From an uncultured Gammaproteobacteria bacterium (GTDB taxonomy: Bacteria; Patescibacteriota; Patescibacteriia; 2-12-FULL-60-25): DNA of 64,000 bases. The DNA lies in contig CAZLRU010000001.1 of assembly GCA_964562155.1 (NCBI GenBank), forward strand, positions 9,574 through 73,573. The letters run 5' to 3'. The number at the start of each line of letters is the position of its first letter. Position 1 is the stretch's first letter. The notes under the pieces were generated by a model. That model did no database searches, was not told the origin of the DNA, and was given only the letters and a program-made list of their open reading frames with translations. The position numbers and the translations under genes were made by a program. Of the stretch, positions 16,749 through 25,977 are shown piece by piece.

Positions 16749-17675
16749 TTACATGCCTCCATCGCCCTTTCTAAGCCTGTACCCATTTTCAAAGGCTTGG
16801 TTCATTTTTTTGTTCGCGAGTTCATTTTCTAGATTGTGCCATTTGCATCGTTTGCCCGTTCCTATTTCCATGGAGGTACTGCCTAATTGAACATTTCTTT
16901 CCGTTATAAACGGTTGGACCGCTCCTAGAATCTCGGACAGTAATGTGTTGAGCCATGGCCAGTTTTTTCTTAGCCATGCATCTTCTTCATTAGGTGCTAG
17001 TATTTCAGCGAATTTCCAAATATCTTCCGTCATGGAATCCCAGCGTTTTTGCATAGCCCGACCCATGAGTTGAAAGGTTCGGTGTGTTAAGGATCCGATT
17101 TCAACGTACAGTCTTTGCTTTTCCTTGTCTTTATGGTGTTCTGGGAAGGGTAGTGTCTTAAAAATCAGGGTTTTCTCTGATATCCCTTGATTCAAGGCGT
17201 CTTTTGCCGTGAGATCGATCATGGTTAGTACCTCTTCGTACATTTCCTCTGTTTTGGTTGAGAACTCTATCGCAAGCTTTTCGGAATACTCTTCAACCAG
17301 AGGAGCAATCCTTCCCATAGCGATCATCCAGATGTCTCTGAAGAGATGTTTTTGTCCTTCTGAATATGAGCGCTGTTTGCTCTCGACTAAGCTTCGAGGG
17401 AGATTTTTGCATAGTTCTATGCCCTGGCTTTGTCCCGATCTGCCTTTGTCCGTTAAAAATGTTTCTCCTTCCGCTAATAATAATTGGACAGTTCCTTCTT
17501 CGTTGGACCGCATTTTCCAGGCGAGCGCCTCTTTTCCATCGCATGCCAACACCATTCCAAGATAGGCGCCGTATTCTTGAGGCTCCCATTCCTCCATGTC
17601 CTCAGGTGTGGGTATGTATTCCTGTGCGTGGTTTTCCACGGTTTTTTCCAGTGGTTTTTTAGGAAGCTCGTTCAT
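16749..17675 (-). CDS. Hypothetical protein (308 aa, no recognisable domain)
   Basis: A long ORF convergent with the sigma module. It looks AT-richer than its neighbours by eye, and no TM helix is present. Confidence 0.6.
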   Translation of the reverse strand: MNELPKKPLEKTVENHAQEYIPTPEDMEEWEPQEYGAYLGMVLACDGKEALAWKMRSNEEGTVQLLLAEGETFLTDKGRSGQSQGIELCKNLPRSLVESKQRSYSEGQKHLFRDIWMIAMGRIAPLVEEYSEKLAIEFSTKTEEMYEEVLTMIDLTAKDALNQGISEKTLIFKTLPFPEHHKDKEKQRLYVEIGSLTHRTFQLMGRAMQKRWDSMTEDIWKFAEILAPNEEDAWLRKNWPWLNTLLSEILGAVQPFITERNVQLGSTSMEIGTGKRCKWHNLENELANKKMNQAFENGYRLRKGDGGM

Positions 17676-17774
17676 ATGAGTTTATTCTATCTCTTCGTTT
17701 TAAGATAAGCTACTTTTTACTCCTCGTTTATCTGTGTTATTGAGTAAAAAGAGTAAGTCGGTTAAGCTCTCTTT

Positions 17775-19154
17775 ATGTTGCATATTTGGAATACGCTTCA
17801 TCGGAAGCTCGAGGTGTTTACGCCGATCCAGCCCGGGAAGGTTGGGTATTACGCCTGTGGACCAACGGTGTATAACCCACTCACCTTGGGGAATTGGCGT
17901 AAGTATATTATCGATGACACAACGCATCGGGTGTTGGCGTTTTTAGGCTATGCCGTCACACACGTGACGAATATTACCGATGTTGGTCATTTGGTGGGTG
18001 ATGCGAGTGAGGGGGAGGATAAAATGGAGCGCGAGGCGTTTAGGACGGGTAAGACGGCTTGGGAGATTGCTCGATTTTATGAAGCCTCATTTGTAGAGGG
18101 GATGAAACGTTTTAACATCCTCATGCCCACGATCATGCCGCGTGCGACTGAACATATTCCGGAACAAATTGCTATTGTCCAAGAATTGGAACAGCGAGGA
18201 TTCACGTATACTACGTCGGATGGTGTCTATTTTGATACGTCAAGATTTGCTGCCTATGGGGCTTTATCCGGTCAGAAGTTAGACGAGAAAGAGGCTGGTG
18301 CGCGGGTTGAAGTAAACGAAGAGAAGCGAAACGCGAGCGATTTTGCCTTGTGGAAGTTTTCACCTGTTGATCAAAAGCGTCAGATGGAATGGCCAAGTCC
18401 GTGGGGGGTTGGGTTTCCTGGTTGGCATATCGAATGTTCAGCTATGTCTGCTAAATATCTTGGTCAGCCGTTTGACCTGCATTCGGGTGGGGTGGATCAT
18501 ATTCCTGTTCATCACGAAAATGAGATCGCGCAAAGTGAGGCGGCTTATGGAAAACCATTGGCGCATTATTGGATACATAACGAATTCCTGTTGGTGGATG
18601 GTGGGCGTATGGGCAAATCGTTGGGCAATGCATACATCTTAGAGGATCTGGAAAAACAGGGGTTTGATCCCATGGATTTTCGCTATTTTTGCTTGGGTGC
18701 TCACTACCGCTCTAAGTTGAACTTTACGTGGGAAGGGTTGGATGGAGCTCGTCATGCATTGCATAAGCTCAAGCGTCGCTTCCTTGAGCTTGAAGATGGA
18801 GGGGCAACGTCGGATTCAAGGGTGATGGATGAGTTCCGGGCGGCGTTGGAGGATGATTTTTCTATGCCTAGAGCACTCGCTTTGGTTTGGGATGTGCTTG
18901 GACATGAACTCATATCCTCTGCGGCTAAAAGAGCTACTCTTCTCGCTATGGATCAGGTGTTGGGATTGGGCATGGCTGAATGGACGGAGGTGGTGTCCGA
19001 GGTGCCAGAGGATATTCGAGCTTTACAGCGGTGTCGAGAGGAGGCTCGAGCCCGAAAAGACTGGGCTGAGTCAGATCGTGTGCGAGATGAGCTAAAGGTT
19101 CTCGGTTGGATTGTTGAGGATGGAGTGAACGGAAGTGTCATCAGGAGATCTTGA
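17775..19154 (+). CDS. cysS: Cysteine--tRNA ligase (with degenerate HIGH and KMSKS motifs)
   Basis: CGPTVYN..., NITDVGHLVGDASEGEDKME and the zinc site PGWHIECSAM are CysRS-like. The HIGH position reads TLGN and the KMSKS position reads RMGKS. Confidence 0.9.
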   Translation: MLHIWNTLHRKLEVFTPIQPGKVGYYACGPTVYNPLTLGNWRKYIIDDTTHRVLAFLGYAVTHVTNITDVGHLVGDASEGEDKMEREAFRTGKTAWEIARFYEASFVEGMKRFNILMPTIMPRATEHIPEQIAIVQELEQRGFTYTTSDGVYFDTSRFAAYGALSGQKLDEKEAGARVEVNEEKRNASDFALWKFSPVDQKRQMEWPSPWGVGFPGWHIECSAMSAKYLGQPFDLHSGGVDHIPVHHENEIAQSEAAYGKPLAHYWIHNEFLLVDGGRMGKSLGNAYILEDLEKQGFDPMDFRYFCLGAHYRSKLNFTWEGLDGARHALHKLKRRFLELEDGGATSDSRVMDEFRAALEDDFSMPRALALVWDVLGHELISSAAKRATLLAMDQVLGLGMAEWTEVVSEVPEDIRALQRCREEARARKDWAESDRVRDELKVLGWIVEDGVNGSVIRRS

Positions 19155-19178
19155 GGGGGATGTGCTATACTAGGTGGC

Positions 19179-19721
19179 ATGGTACCAAAATCCTCCTTGC
19201 CTGAAAGACATCCTCTTTCGACGGTGCCTGAAGCTCCTCTTGCCTCTTTGGAAGATGAGTCTCCTCTCGTAGCGGATGAACGTGCCTACGAGACGCTTGA
19301 GATTCAAGAAACGCAAGATGCGTTTTTAGAACAGGCTGAGGATGCTCCAACGACGGTTATTCGTTCTGCGCAGGCTGCTGACACGGCAACCGCCTCACCT
19401 ACGGCTGCTTTACCCAAGGATGAGGTAACGGTTAAGTTGGAAAAGATCTTAGAGGATGGATTAGGTGAGTATGTATCGGCTATGCCGGAAGAAGCGCGGA
19501 CGCGGTTTTTATATAAGGGTCAAGAAACGGCCGCTCAATTATCGGTCATGGTACGTGGACTTAAAATTCATGCTAAAAAAGTGGTAGAATTGATTCGTGA
19601 TTGGTTGTTAACGATTCCGGGGGTGAATAAATTTTTTCTTGAACAGGAGGCAAAAATTAAGACAGATCGTGTTCTGGAGTTAGAACAAACGTACCGCGAA
19701 CAAAAACAAAACCTTCCTTAA
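19179..19721 (+). CDS. Hypothetical protein (acidic, disordered N-half; helical C-half)
   Basis: 180-aa ORF immediately upstream of the VirD4-like ATPase, with a 9-nt gap. Confidence 0.55.
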   Translation: MVPKSSLPERHPLSTVPEAPLASLEDESPLVADERAYETLEIQETQDAFLEQAEDAPTTVIRSAQAADTATASPTAALPKDEVTVKLEKILEDGLGEYVSAMPEEARTRFLYKGQETAAQLSVMVRGLKIHAKKVVELIRDWLLTIPGVNKFFLEQEAKIKTDRVLELEQTYREQKQNLP

Positions 19722-19730
19722 ACTTCTCCC

Positions 19731-22283
19731 ATGATGTTCCTTTTCCAAGTCGGGGTTGCCGACCCCTCTCTTGATCCATCCGCCTTTCTTACCGGATGGT
19801 CCCTCAGTGATCCTTTGACGGCTGCGATTGTGAGTATCGTGGCTGCGATTGCATTTGTCTTTGCTGTATTGTCTGTTATCCGCTTTTTTGCTCATCGTCA
19901 TGGGAGATGGAGCGTTGCCTTTGGGATGCAGATTTTGTTAGTCCGTGTTCCTAAGGAGTTGCGCAAGGAGGATAATCAACAGGATAAAACTCAGCAGCAG
20001 ATTCAGGAGTTAATTGGGCGGATGGAGACCGTTTTTTCTACCATGGGCTCGATTGCTGCTCAACATGGTATTTCGGCTTGGTTACTGGGAAGGCATGATC
20101 ACATGGCGGTAGAAATTGTGGCTCATAAAGACAAGATTTCTTTTTACGTTGGTATTCCTAAGAAGCAGCGCCAGTTTATTGAGGAACAGATTCATGCTCA
20201 GTATCCCAATGCTCAAATTGAAGATGTCCCGGATTACAACATGTTTGCTCCAACCAGCGTTATTTTGGGGAGTTACGTAGTGTTTAAGCGTGCTGACTGT
20301 TTTCCTATTCGGACGTATCGCAAGCTTGAAACGGATGCCATGAATTCTCTGACAAACGCTTTGTCCAAGGTTGAATCAGGGGATGGAGCCTCGATCCAGT
20401 ATGTTTTACGAACGGCTCCTAAGCGTTGGAGTCGTGATGGGCTTGAGATTGCCAAGGGGATGCAGCAAGGGAAGCGTTTGGAAGATGTGGAGAGAAGTGG
20501 GTTTCTTGGGACGCTGGGACATGTGTTTCGTGGGTTTGGTTCGGTTATTACGGCGGATGAACATAAGCCGGGTGCTGATACCTATCACCTGTCTCCTTTG
20601 GAAACGGAGATGATTAAAGGGTTGGAAGAGAAATCTTCTAAGGCTGGTTTGGAAGTAAATATTCGCGTGCTGGTATCGGCTAAAACGCCTGAGCGTGCTC
20701 AAGGCTATTTGAATGATATTTTGAATGCCTACGGACAGTTTAATATCTACGAGTATGGCAATAGTTTGAGCAAAGAGATGCCGGTTTTACAAACGAGACT
20801 GATCCGTCACTTTATTTTTCGTCGTTTTGATGAGAAGTATAAAATCATTTTGAATGCCGAGGAGATGGCCTCGATTTTTCACCTGCCCTTACCTTCTACG
20901 GAAACACCGAAAATTAATTGGTTGCTTTCGCGTAAGGCTCTGCCGCCGGCGAATTTGCCAACGGAGGGGATTCAGTTGGGATTATCGGAATATCGTGGAT
21001 ATAAGTACGAGGTACGCATGAAACAGGCGGATCGACGTCGTCACATGTATGTTATTGGAAAATCAGGTTCCGGTAAGTCGGTGTTTCAGGCCTCGCTTAT
21101 TAAACAGGATATTGAAGCTGGACGTGGTGTTTGTGTGATTGATCCGCATGGAGATTTGGTGGATGAGTGTTTGGAATATGTTCCAAAAGAGCGAGCTGAC
21201 GATGTGATTTTGTTTGATCCGGCTGATTTTGAGCGTCCATTAGGTCTCAATATGCTCGAGTTTGATCCTCGCTATCCGCATTTGCGGACGTTTGTGATCA
21301 ATGAAATGTTGAAGATTTTTGATAAGTTGTACGACCTAAAATCTACGGGTGGACCGATGTTTGAGACATATATGCGCAATGCGATTCTTTTGCTCATGGA
21401 TCATGTAGAGTCGGGTTGTACATTGATGGACGTCCCTCGTGTTTTAGCGGATGATGATTTTCGTAATTTTAAATTGTCCAAGTGTACTTCACAGGAGGTC
21501 AAAGATTTTTGGTTGAAAGAGGCGTTGAAGGCGGGGGGTGAATCAAGTTTGGCGAACATGGTTCCGTATATTACTTCGAAATTGGCGTCGTTTATTTATA
21601 ACGACTACATGCGGCCGATTATTGGTCAACAAAAAAGCGCATTCAATTTTTATGATGTCATGAATGATCAGAAGATCTTGCTGGTTAAGCTGTCAAAGGG
21701 AAAAATTGGAGATTTGAATGCTTATTTGTTGGGTATGATTGTGGTGGGGAAGGTGCTGGATGCGGCGCTTAAGCGTAGTGAGATGCCGGCGGAAGAACGG
21801 AAGGATTTCTATCTTTATATTGATGAGTTCCAAAACTTTTTGACCGATTCCATCTCCGTGATTTTGTCTGAGGCACGTAAATATGGGTTGAATTTAGTTA
21901 TTGCTCATCAATTTATCGGGCAGCTTTTATCGGGTGCTAATCGGGATACGAAGATCCGTGATTCTATTTTTGGGAACGTCGGTACAATCATCTCTTTTCG
22001 TGTAGGTGTAGAGGATGCTGAGTTTTTAGAGAAGGAGTTTTTGCCTGTATTTAGCTTGTATGATCTGGTTAATGTGGAAGCATTTACCTGTAATCTCAAG
22101 CTTCTTATTGATAATACCGCTTCACGTCCCTTTAATATGAAGCCTGTCATGCCCGCTCGACCCGAGAGTAAGGAGTTGGCTCGGATGGTTCATGAGCTGT
22201 CTCGTTATAAGTATGGCCGTAAACGGGAATTGGTGGAGGCGGAGATGAGGGAGAAGAAGGATATGGTGAGTGATTTTTTCTAG
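19731..22283 (+). CDS. Membrane-anchored VirD4/TraD/TraG-like coupling-protein-type P-loop ATPase
   Basis: 850 aa. It has an N-terminal TM (AAIVSIVAAIAFVFAVLSVI), a ~400-aa N-domain (DUF8128-like from memory), Walker A IGKSGSGKS, CVIDPHGDL, and Walker B YLYIDEFQNF. Confidence 0.85.
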   Translation: MMFLFQVGVADPSLDPSAFLTGWSLSDPLTAAIVSIVAAIAFVFAVLSVIRFFAHRHGRWSVAFGMQILLVRVPKELRKEDNQQDKTQQQIQELIGRMETVFSTMGSIAAQHGISAWLLGRHDHMAVEIVAHKDKISFYVGIPKKQRQFIEEQIHAQYPNAQIEDVPDYNMFAPTSVILGSYVVFKRADCFPIRTYRKLETDAMNSLTNALSKVESGDGASIQYVLRTAPKRWSRDGLEIAKGMQQGKRLEDVERSGFLGTLGHVFRGFGSVITADEHKPGADTYHLSPLETEMIKGLEEKSSKAGLEVNIRVLVSAKTPERAQGYLNDILNAYGQFNIYEYGNSLSKEMPVLQTRLIRHFIFRRFDEKYKIILNAEEMASIFHLPLPSTETPKINWLLSRKALPPANLPTEGIQLGLSEYRGYKYEVRMKQADRRRHMYVIGKSGSGKSVFQASLIKQDIEAGRGVCVIDPHGDLVDECLEYVPKERADDVILFDPADFERPLGLNMLEFDPRYPHLRTFVINEMLKIFDKLYDLKSTGGPMFETYMRNAILLLMDHVESGCTLMDVPRVLADDDFRNFKLSKCTSQEVKDFWLKEALKAGGESSLANMVPYITSKLASFIYNDYMRPIIGQQKSAFNFYDVMNDQKILLVKLSKGKIGDLNAYLLGMIVVGKVLDAALKRSEMPAEERKDFYLYIDEFQNFLTDSISVILSEARKYGLNLVIAHQFIGQLLSGANRDTKIRDSIFGNVGTIISFRVGVEDAEFLEKEFLPVFSLYDLVNVEAFTCNLKLLIDNTASRPFNMKPVMPARPESKELARMVHELSRYKYGRKRELVEAEMREKKDMVSDFF

Positions 22284-22315
22284 GATACGCGTACGTGGGT
22301 GTGGGTTGGTGAGAT

Positions 22316-22987
22316 GTGAGTAAGAAAAATACTAAAATACCTAAAACTATGTTTCAGCAAAAAATGCGTAGAGAGATGAGTGGGGATGATGGAGTGGTGA
22401 TTTCGCTTGGGATGAGGGCTCAGGATACGAAGATGGCGCTGACGCGTCGGGTGATTGATCATATGCGTGAGCAGCTGGATAGTTTGGAACGCTTGTTGTT
22501 GCAAGAGGAGGCAACCGAGGCGCTTCAAGAGTTGGCTGAGCTCATGGATCAGCAACAGCGTTTGGCGCCTGGGCCGATCGGCTCCTCGGGCGGGTCTCGG
22601 TCTATTGAAGGGGTGTTTGATGGGGTTCACATGGTGGGAGAGGATGGTAAGCAATATCTCGTCCCTCCTAACTATGCGTCTAAGTCAAAATTAGTTGAGG
22701 GTGATTTGTTGCGCTTGGTGGTAGCGGACAATGGGCGTTTTGTATTTAAACAACGTGGACCGATTGAGCGCCAGCGGTTAATGGGGGTTCTTAGCTATAA
22801 TGATCAAACGGATGAATGGTCGGTGGTTGCAGATGGACGCAGATTTCGTGTGTTAGCTGCTTCTGTAACCTATTTTAAGGCTCAGCCTAATGATGAAGCG
22901 GTGATCCTTGTTCCGTGTGACAATCCTTCTTCTTGGGCGGCTGTTGAAAACGTGGTGAGACGCGAGGTGGGGGAGTTTGGCGTGTGA
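22316..22987 (+). CDS. Hypothetical protein
   Basis: 223-aa ORF with GTG at 22316 and an alternative ATG at 22349. It has an N-terminal coiled coil and a C-terminal beta-rich part (LVEGDLLRLVVADNGRFVFKQ). Confidence 0.55.
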   Translation: MSKKNTKIPKTMFQQKMRREMSGDDGVVISLGMRAQDTKMALTRRVIDHMREQLDSLERLLLQEEATEALQELAELMDQQQRLAPGPIGSSGGSRSIEGVFDGVHMVGEDGKQYLVPPNYASKSKLVEGDLLRLVVADNGRFVFKQRGPIERQRLMGVLSYNDQTDEWSVVADGRRFRVLAASVTYFKAQPNDEAVILVPCDNPSSWAAVENVVRREVGEFGV

Positions 22988-23053
22988 AGCCTGAGAACGT
23001 CAGAGTAGAAAAGGATATACCAAATTTTCAAAAAACCCCTTAAAAATAAAGGG

Positions 23054-23082
23054 TTGAGTTCTGTCTGCCGGGTGCCTATACT
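23054..23082 (+). promoter_or_regulatory. Candidate dnaX promoter
   Basis: TTGAGT (23054-23059), 17-nt spacer, TATACT (23077-23082). Confidence 0.5.
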
Positions 23083-23093
23083 CGATACTGTTT

Positions 23094-24731
23094 ATGCCTT
23101 CTTTGAGTCAGATTCATCGTCCGCGACGATTTGCCGAGGTGACGGGCCAGCAGCATGTGACGGAAACCCTGCGTCGTGAGGTGGCGACGGGGCTTTTGGC
23201 GCATGCTTATGTGTTTTCTGGTCCGCGCGGTGTAGGTAAGACGACAAGCGCTCGTATTTTTGCGCAGGCGTTGAATTGTCAGAAGCCGAATGAGGGGGAG
23301 CCGTGTGGTGCTTGCGCTCCCTGTTTAGCTTTTGCTGAAGGTCGTTTAATGGATGTGATCGAGTTAGATGCGGCTACCCATACGGGGGTTGATACGATTC
23401 GTGAAGCGATTGTGGAACACGTGCGTTTTGCTCCAACGTTTGGGAAGACAAAGGTTTATATTTTGGATGAGGCGCACATGTTGTCGACCTCGTCTTGGAA
23501 TGCTTTGTTAAAAACGTTGGAAGAGCCGCCGACCTATGCCTACTTTATCTTAGCAACGACCGAATGGCACAAAATTCCTGCGACGATTATCTCGCGTTGT
23601 CAGCGCTTTGAGTTTAAGCGTATTTCGGATGATGTTCTCATCCAGCGTGTTCAGGAGTTGGCCAGGCTTGAAGGATGGAAGATAGATCAAGAAGTTGTTC
23701 GTCTTATTGTTTCGCGGGCGGATGGATGTGTTCGTGATGCGGAGACGCTTCTTGGGCAGCTTGGTTCATTGGGTGAGTCTCACATTGATGCCGCCTTGGC
23801 TGGATTGGTTATTCCTCCTACTCATGTGCCGCTTGCGGCAGAGCTCATGGTTCATTGGGCTCATCGTGATCATCGGGCGGCGCTTCAGGCCGCGCGTCGC
23901 CTCATGGATGAAGGGGTGTCCATTCTTCCTTTGTTTGAAGATCTGTTAATGATCGTGCGAAAGCTGCTCTTCGTGTCAGCTCTTCCTGAGATGACGCAGG
24001 GATGGTCTGAAGGGACGGTCGAAGAGCGGGCTCTTATGCCTCTCATTGGTCAGTTTTTGCCTTCAGAGCTCCATGATATGGCTCTTATGCTTATGGAGCG
24101 ACGCAAGGACGTGAAGGGTGGTGTAGACCCTTTATTCGCTCTTGAGCTCGCCAGTACGATGGTGGCGTGTCGTGAGCTTTGGCGCACTTCCTCTATTTCT
24201 GTTCCACCCGAACCTTCTAAAGGGGTGCCCATCAAACAGGTTCAATCGGTGAATGTTGTTTCTTCTCCTGAGCCGGTGGAGTTAGCCAAGGTAGAGGTTG
24301 AGGTAGGAGGCGCTCCTTCCGTTTCCTTCGTTATGCCGGTTCAAGAGATTCAGGTTGTTGAGGAACGTGCAGGGGAGGTAGTTGAGCCGGCCATTGATTT
24401 ACCCACGGTGCGTGTAAAATGGAATGCGATTATTCGCGCGGTTGATGAAAAAAATCATTCTCTCCCCTTTATTCTTAAGATTAGTCAGCCCCATGAGGTT
24501 GAGGGTAAGACGTTGATTATTCGGTTTCAATATCCTTTTCATAAGGACAAGATCATTGCAGACGTGAAGAATCGTCGGATTGTGGAGGCGTGCGCGCGTG
24601 AAATTTTGCAAGTGCCTAGTCTTGTGATTGAGGGGATTATTGGAGAAGATGCTGCGCGAACGGAAGAGCGATCGCATGATATGGTTTCCAATATTTTGAA
24701 AGCATTTGGCGGACAGGTGGTGGAGGGGTAA
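23094..24731 (+). CDS. dnaX: DNA polymerase III subunit gamma/tau
   Basis: GPRGVGKTT, the zinc module CxxxxxxxxCGACAPC, DEAHML and SRCQRF are clamp-loader signatures. Confidence 0.93.
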   Translation: MPSLSQIHRPRRFAEVTGQQHVTETLRREVATGLLAHAYVFSGPRGVGKTTSARIFAQALNCQKPNEGEPCGACAPCLAFAEGRLMDVIELDAATHTGVDTIREAIVEHVRFAPTFGKTKVYILDEAHMLSTSSWNALLKTLEEPPTYAYFILATTEWHKIPATIISRCQRFEFKRISDDVLIQRVQELARLEGWKIDQEVVRLIVSRADGCVRDAETLLGQLGSLGESHIDAALAGLVIPPTHVPLAAELMVHWAHRDHRAALQAARRLMDEGVSILPLFEDLLMIVRKLLFVSALPEMTQGWSEGTVEERALMPLIGQFLPSELHDMALMLMERRKDVKGGVDPLFALELASTMVACRELWRTSSISVPPEPSKGVPIKQVQSVNVVSSPEPVELAKVEVEVGGAPSVSFVMPVQEIQVVEERAGEVVEPAIDLPTVRVKWNAIIRAVDEKNHSLPFILKISQPHEVEGKTLIIRFQYPFHKDKIIADVKNRRIVEACAREILQVPSLVIEGIIGEDAARTEERSHDMVSNILKAFGGQVVEG

Positions 24732-24742
24732 GGTGGAGGGGT

Positions 24743-25051
24743 ATGGTGCTTAATACCAAGCAGTTTATCGGACTACCGGTTGTCACTCGTTCTGAACAAA
24801 AAGTCGGAAAAGTGGCGAGTTTTGATGTTGATAGTTTCACGGGAAGGCTTGTTACTTTGTATGTGGCTCCTTCCGGACTGGTTGCTCGATTACGAGTGGA
24901 GGAGCTACTTGTGTCTTGGGATGCGATTGTTGAGATTACGGCTGATCGGGTTGTGATTGCGGATAGTGTTATTCAGGCTCACGTGCCTGGATTTACGGTA
25001 GCCACCTCTTTAGCTTCTTCTGCGTCTGGCACATTGATGAAGGAGGTATGA
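24743..25051 (+). CDS. PRC-barrel domain protein
   Basis: 102 aa. FIGLPVVTRSEQKVGKVASFDVDSFTGRLVTLYV is PRC-barrel-like. Confidence 0.65.
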   Translation: MVLNTKQFIGLPVVTRSEQKVGKVASFDVDSFTGRLVTLYVAPSGLVARLRVEELLVSWDAIVEITADRVVIADSVIQAHVPGFTVATSLASSASGTLMKEV

Positions 25052-25977
25052 GTACCGACATGATCCGCGCCGGTCTCTTGCGAGCGCTCGCGTTTCATGA
25101 GGCGTGGGGTTATGCACCCACTATTATTGAGCTTATCTCGAGCTGGGATCAGGGAAAGAACGCGCCCTTGGAGATTCCTGCTCGTGATCAAGTGCAGGCC
25201 GCTGTTTCTGAACTTGTTCACGAGGGAGTGATTGTGAGTCTGCGGGGGAGGGTTATTTTTCCTGATCAGCAAGCTTTGATCATTGAGCATGAGCGGCGAG
25301 AGATCTGGTTTCCGCGCAAGATTCGTCGAACTCGTTCGGTCGCTCGATGGCTTGCGCGACTTCAGGGGGTGCGATTTGTGGCTTTGTGTAATACCACGGC
25401 TCTTGCGCACGCTCGTGATGTAGCCGATTTGGATTTTTTTATTGTGACGCACGCGGGTACATTATGGCAGACGCGGGGGTTGGCGGCTCTTCCCTATAAG
25501 CTTTTGGGTCAGCGTCCAAGAGGAGTGGAGGAGGAAGAACGGGATGCGGTTTGTTTATCTTTTTTTGTTGATGATGCCGCCTTGGATCTTTCTAGTCTGC
25601 AATTAGCTCCAGATGACCCATACCTTCGTCATTGGTTTTTGTCTCTCCTTCCCCTTGTCGATGATGGTGTAGGTGAGTGTTTGTGGAGAATGAACCAATT
25701 CATGACTCAACGTCATCCGCTTGCTGCTCGTTGGCAGGTGCATCCAGAATTAGCCATTGGGCTACCGTTGTTCCGTGTTCCTTCTTTACCTGTTTTTGAA
25801 TCGTTCGCTCATAGGGTTCAAAAGCGTGTTTTGCCTGCTGTTATCACGAACCAAGCGAATCGGACGACGGAGGTGGTGGTAACGGATCATGTGCTCAAGC
25901 TTCATGCGACAGATAATCGAGAGAGGTTTCGTGAGGTGTATTATGCTATCTGCAAACAGCATGGGATTGATCCATAA
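25048..25977 (+). CDS. Hypothetical protein with nucleotidyltransferase-fold-like core
   Basis: Its ATG overlaps the upstream stop (ATGA). The motif VADLDFFIVT resembles the hG[GS]-x-D-x-D nucleotidyltransferase signature. Tentative. Confidence 0.55.
   Translation: MSTDMIRAGLLRALAFHEAWGYAPTIIELISSWDQGKNAPLEIPARDQVQAAVSELVHEGVIVSLRGRVIFPDQQALIIEHERREIWFPRKIRRTRSVARWLARLQGVRFVALCNTTALAHARDVADLDFFIVTHAGTLWQTRGLAALPYKLLGQRPRGVEEEERDAVCLSFFVDDAALDLSSLQLAPDDPYLRHWFLSLLPLVDDGVGECLWRMNQFMTQRHPLAARWQVHPELAIGLPLFRVPSLPVFESFAHRVQKRVLPAVITNQANRTTEVVVTDHVLKLHATDNRERFREVYYAICKQHGIDP

Noticed and set aside
24440-24455. A-run (GAAAAAAAT) in dnaX as a possible programmed -1 frameshift site producing gamma
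   Set aside because: It lies near the C-terminal end of the gene rather than after domain III. It lacks the A AAA AAG heptamer plus downstream hairpin arrangement. It is no more than a homopolymer.
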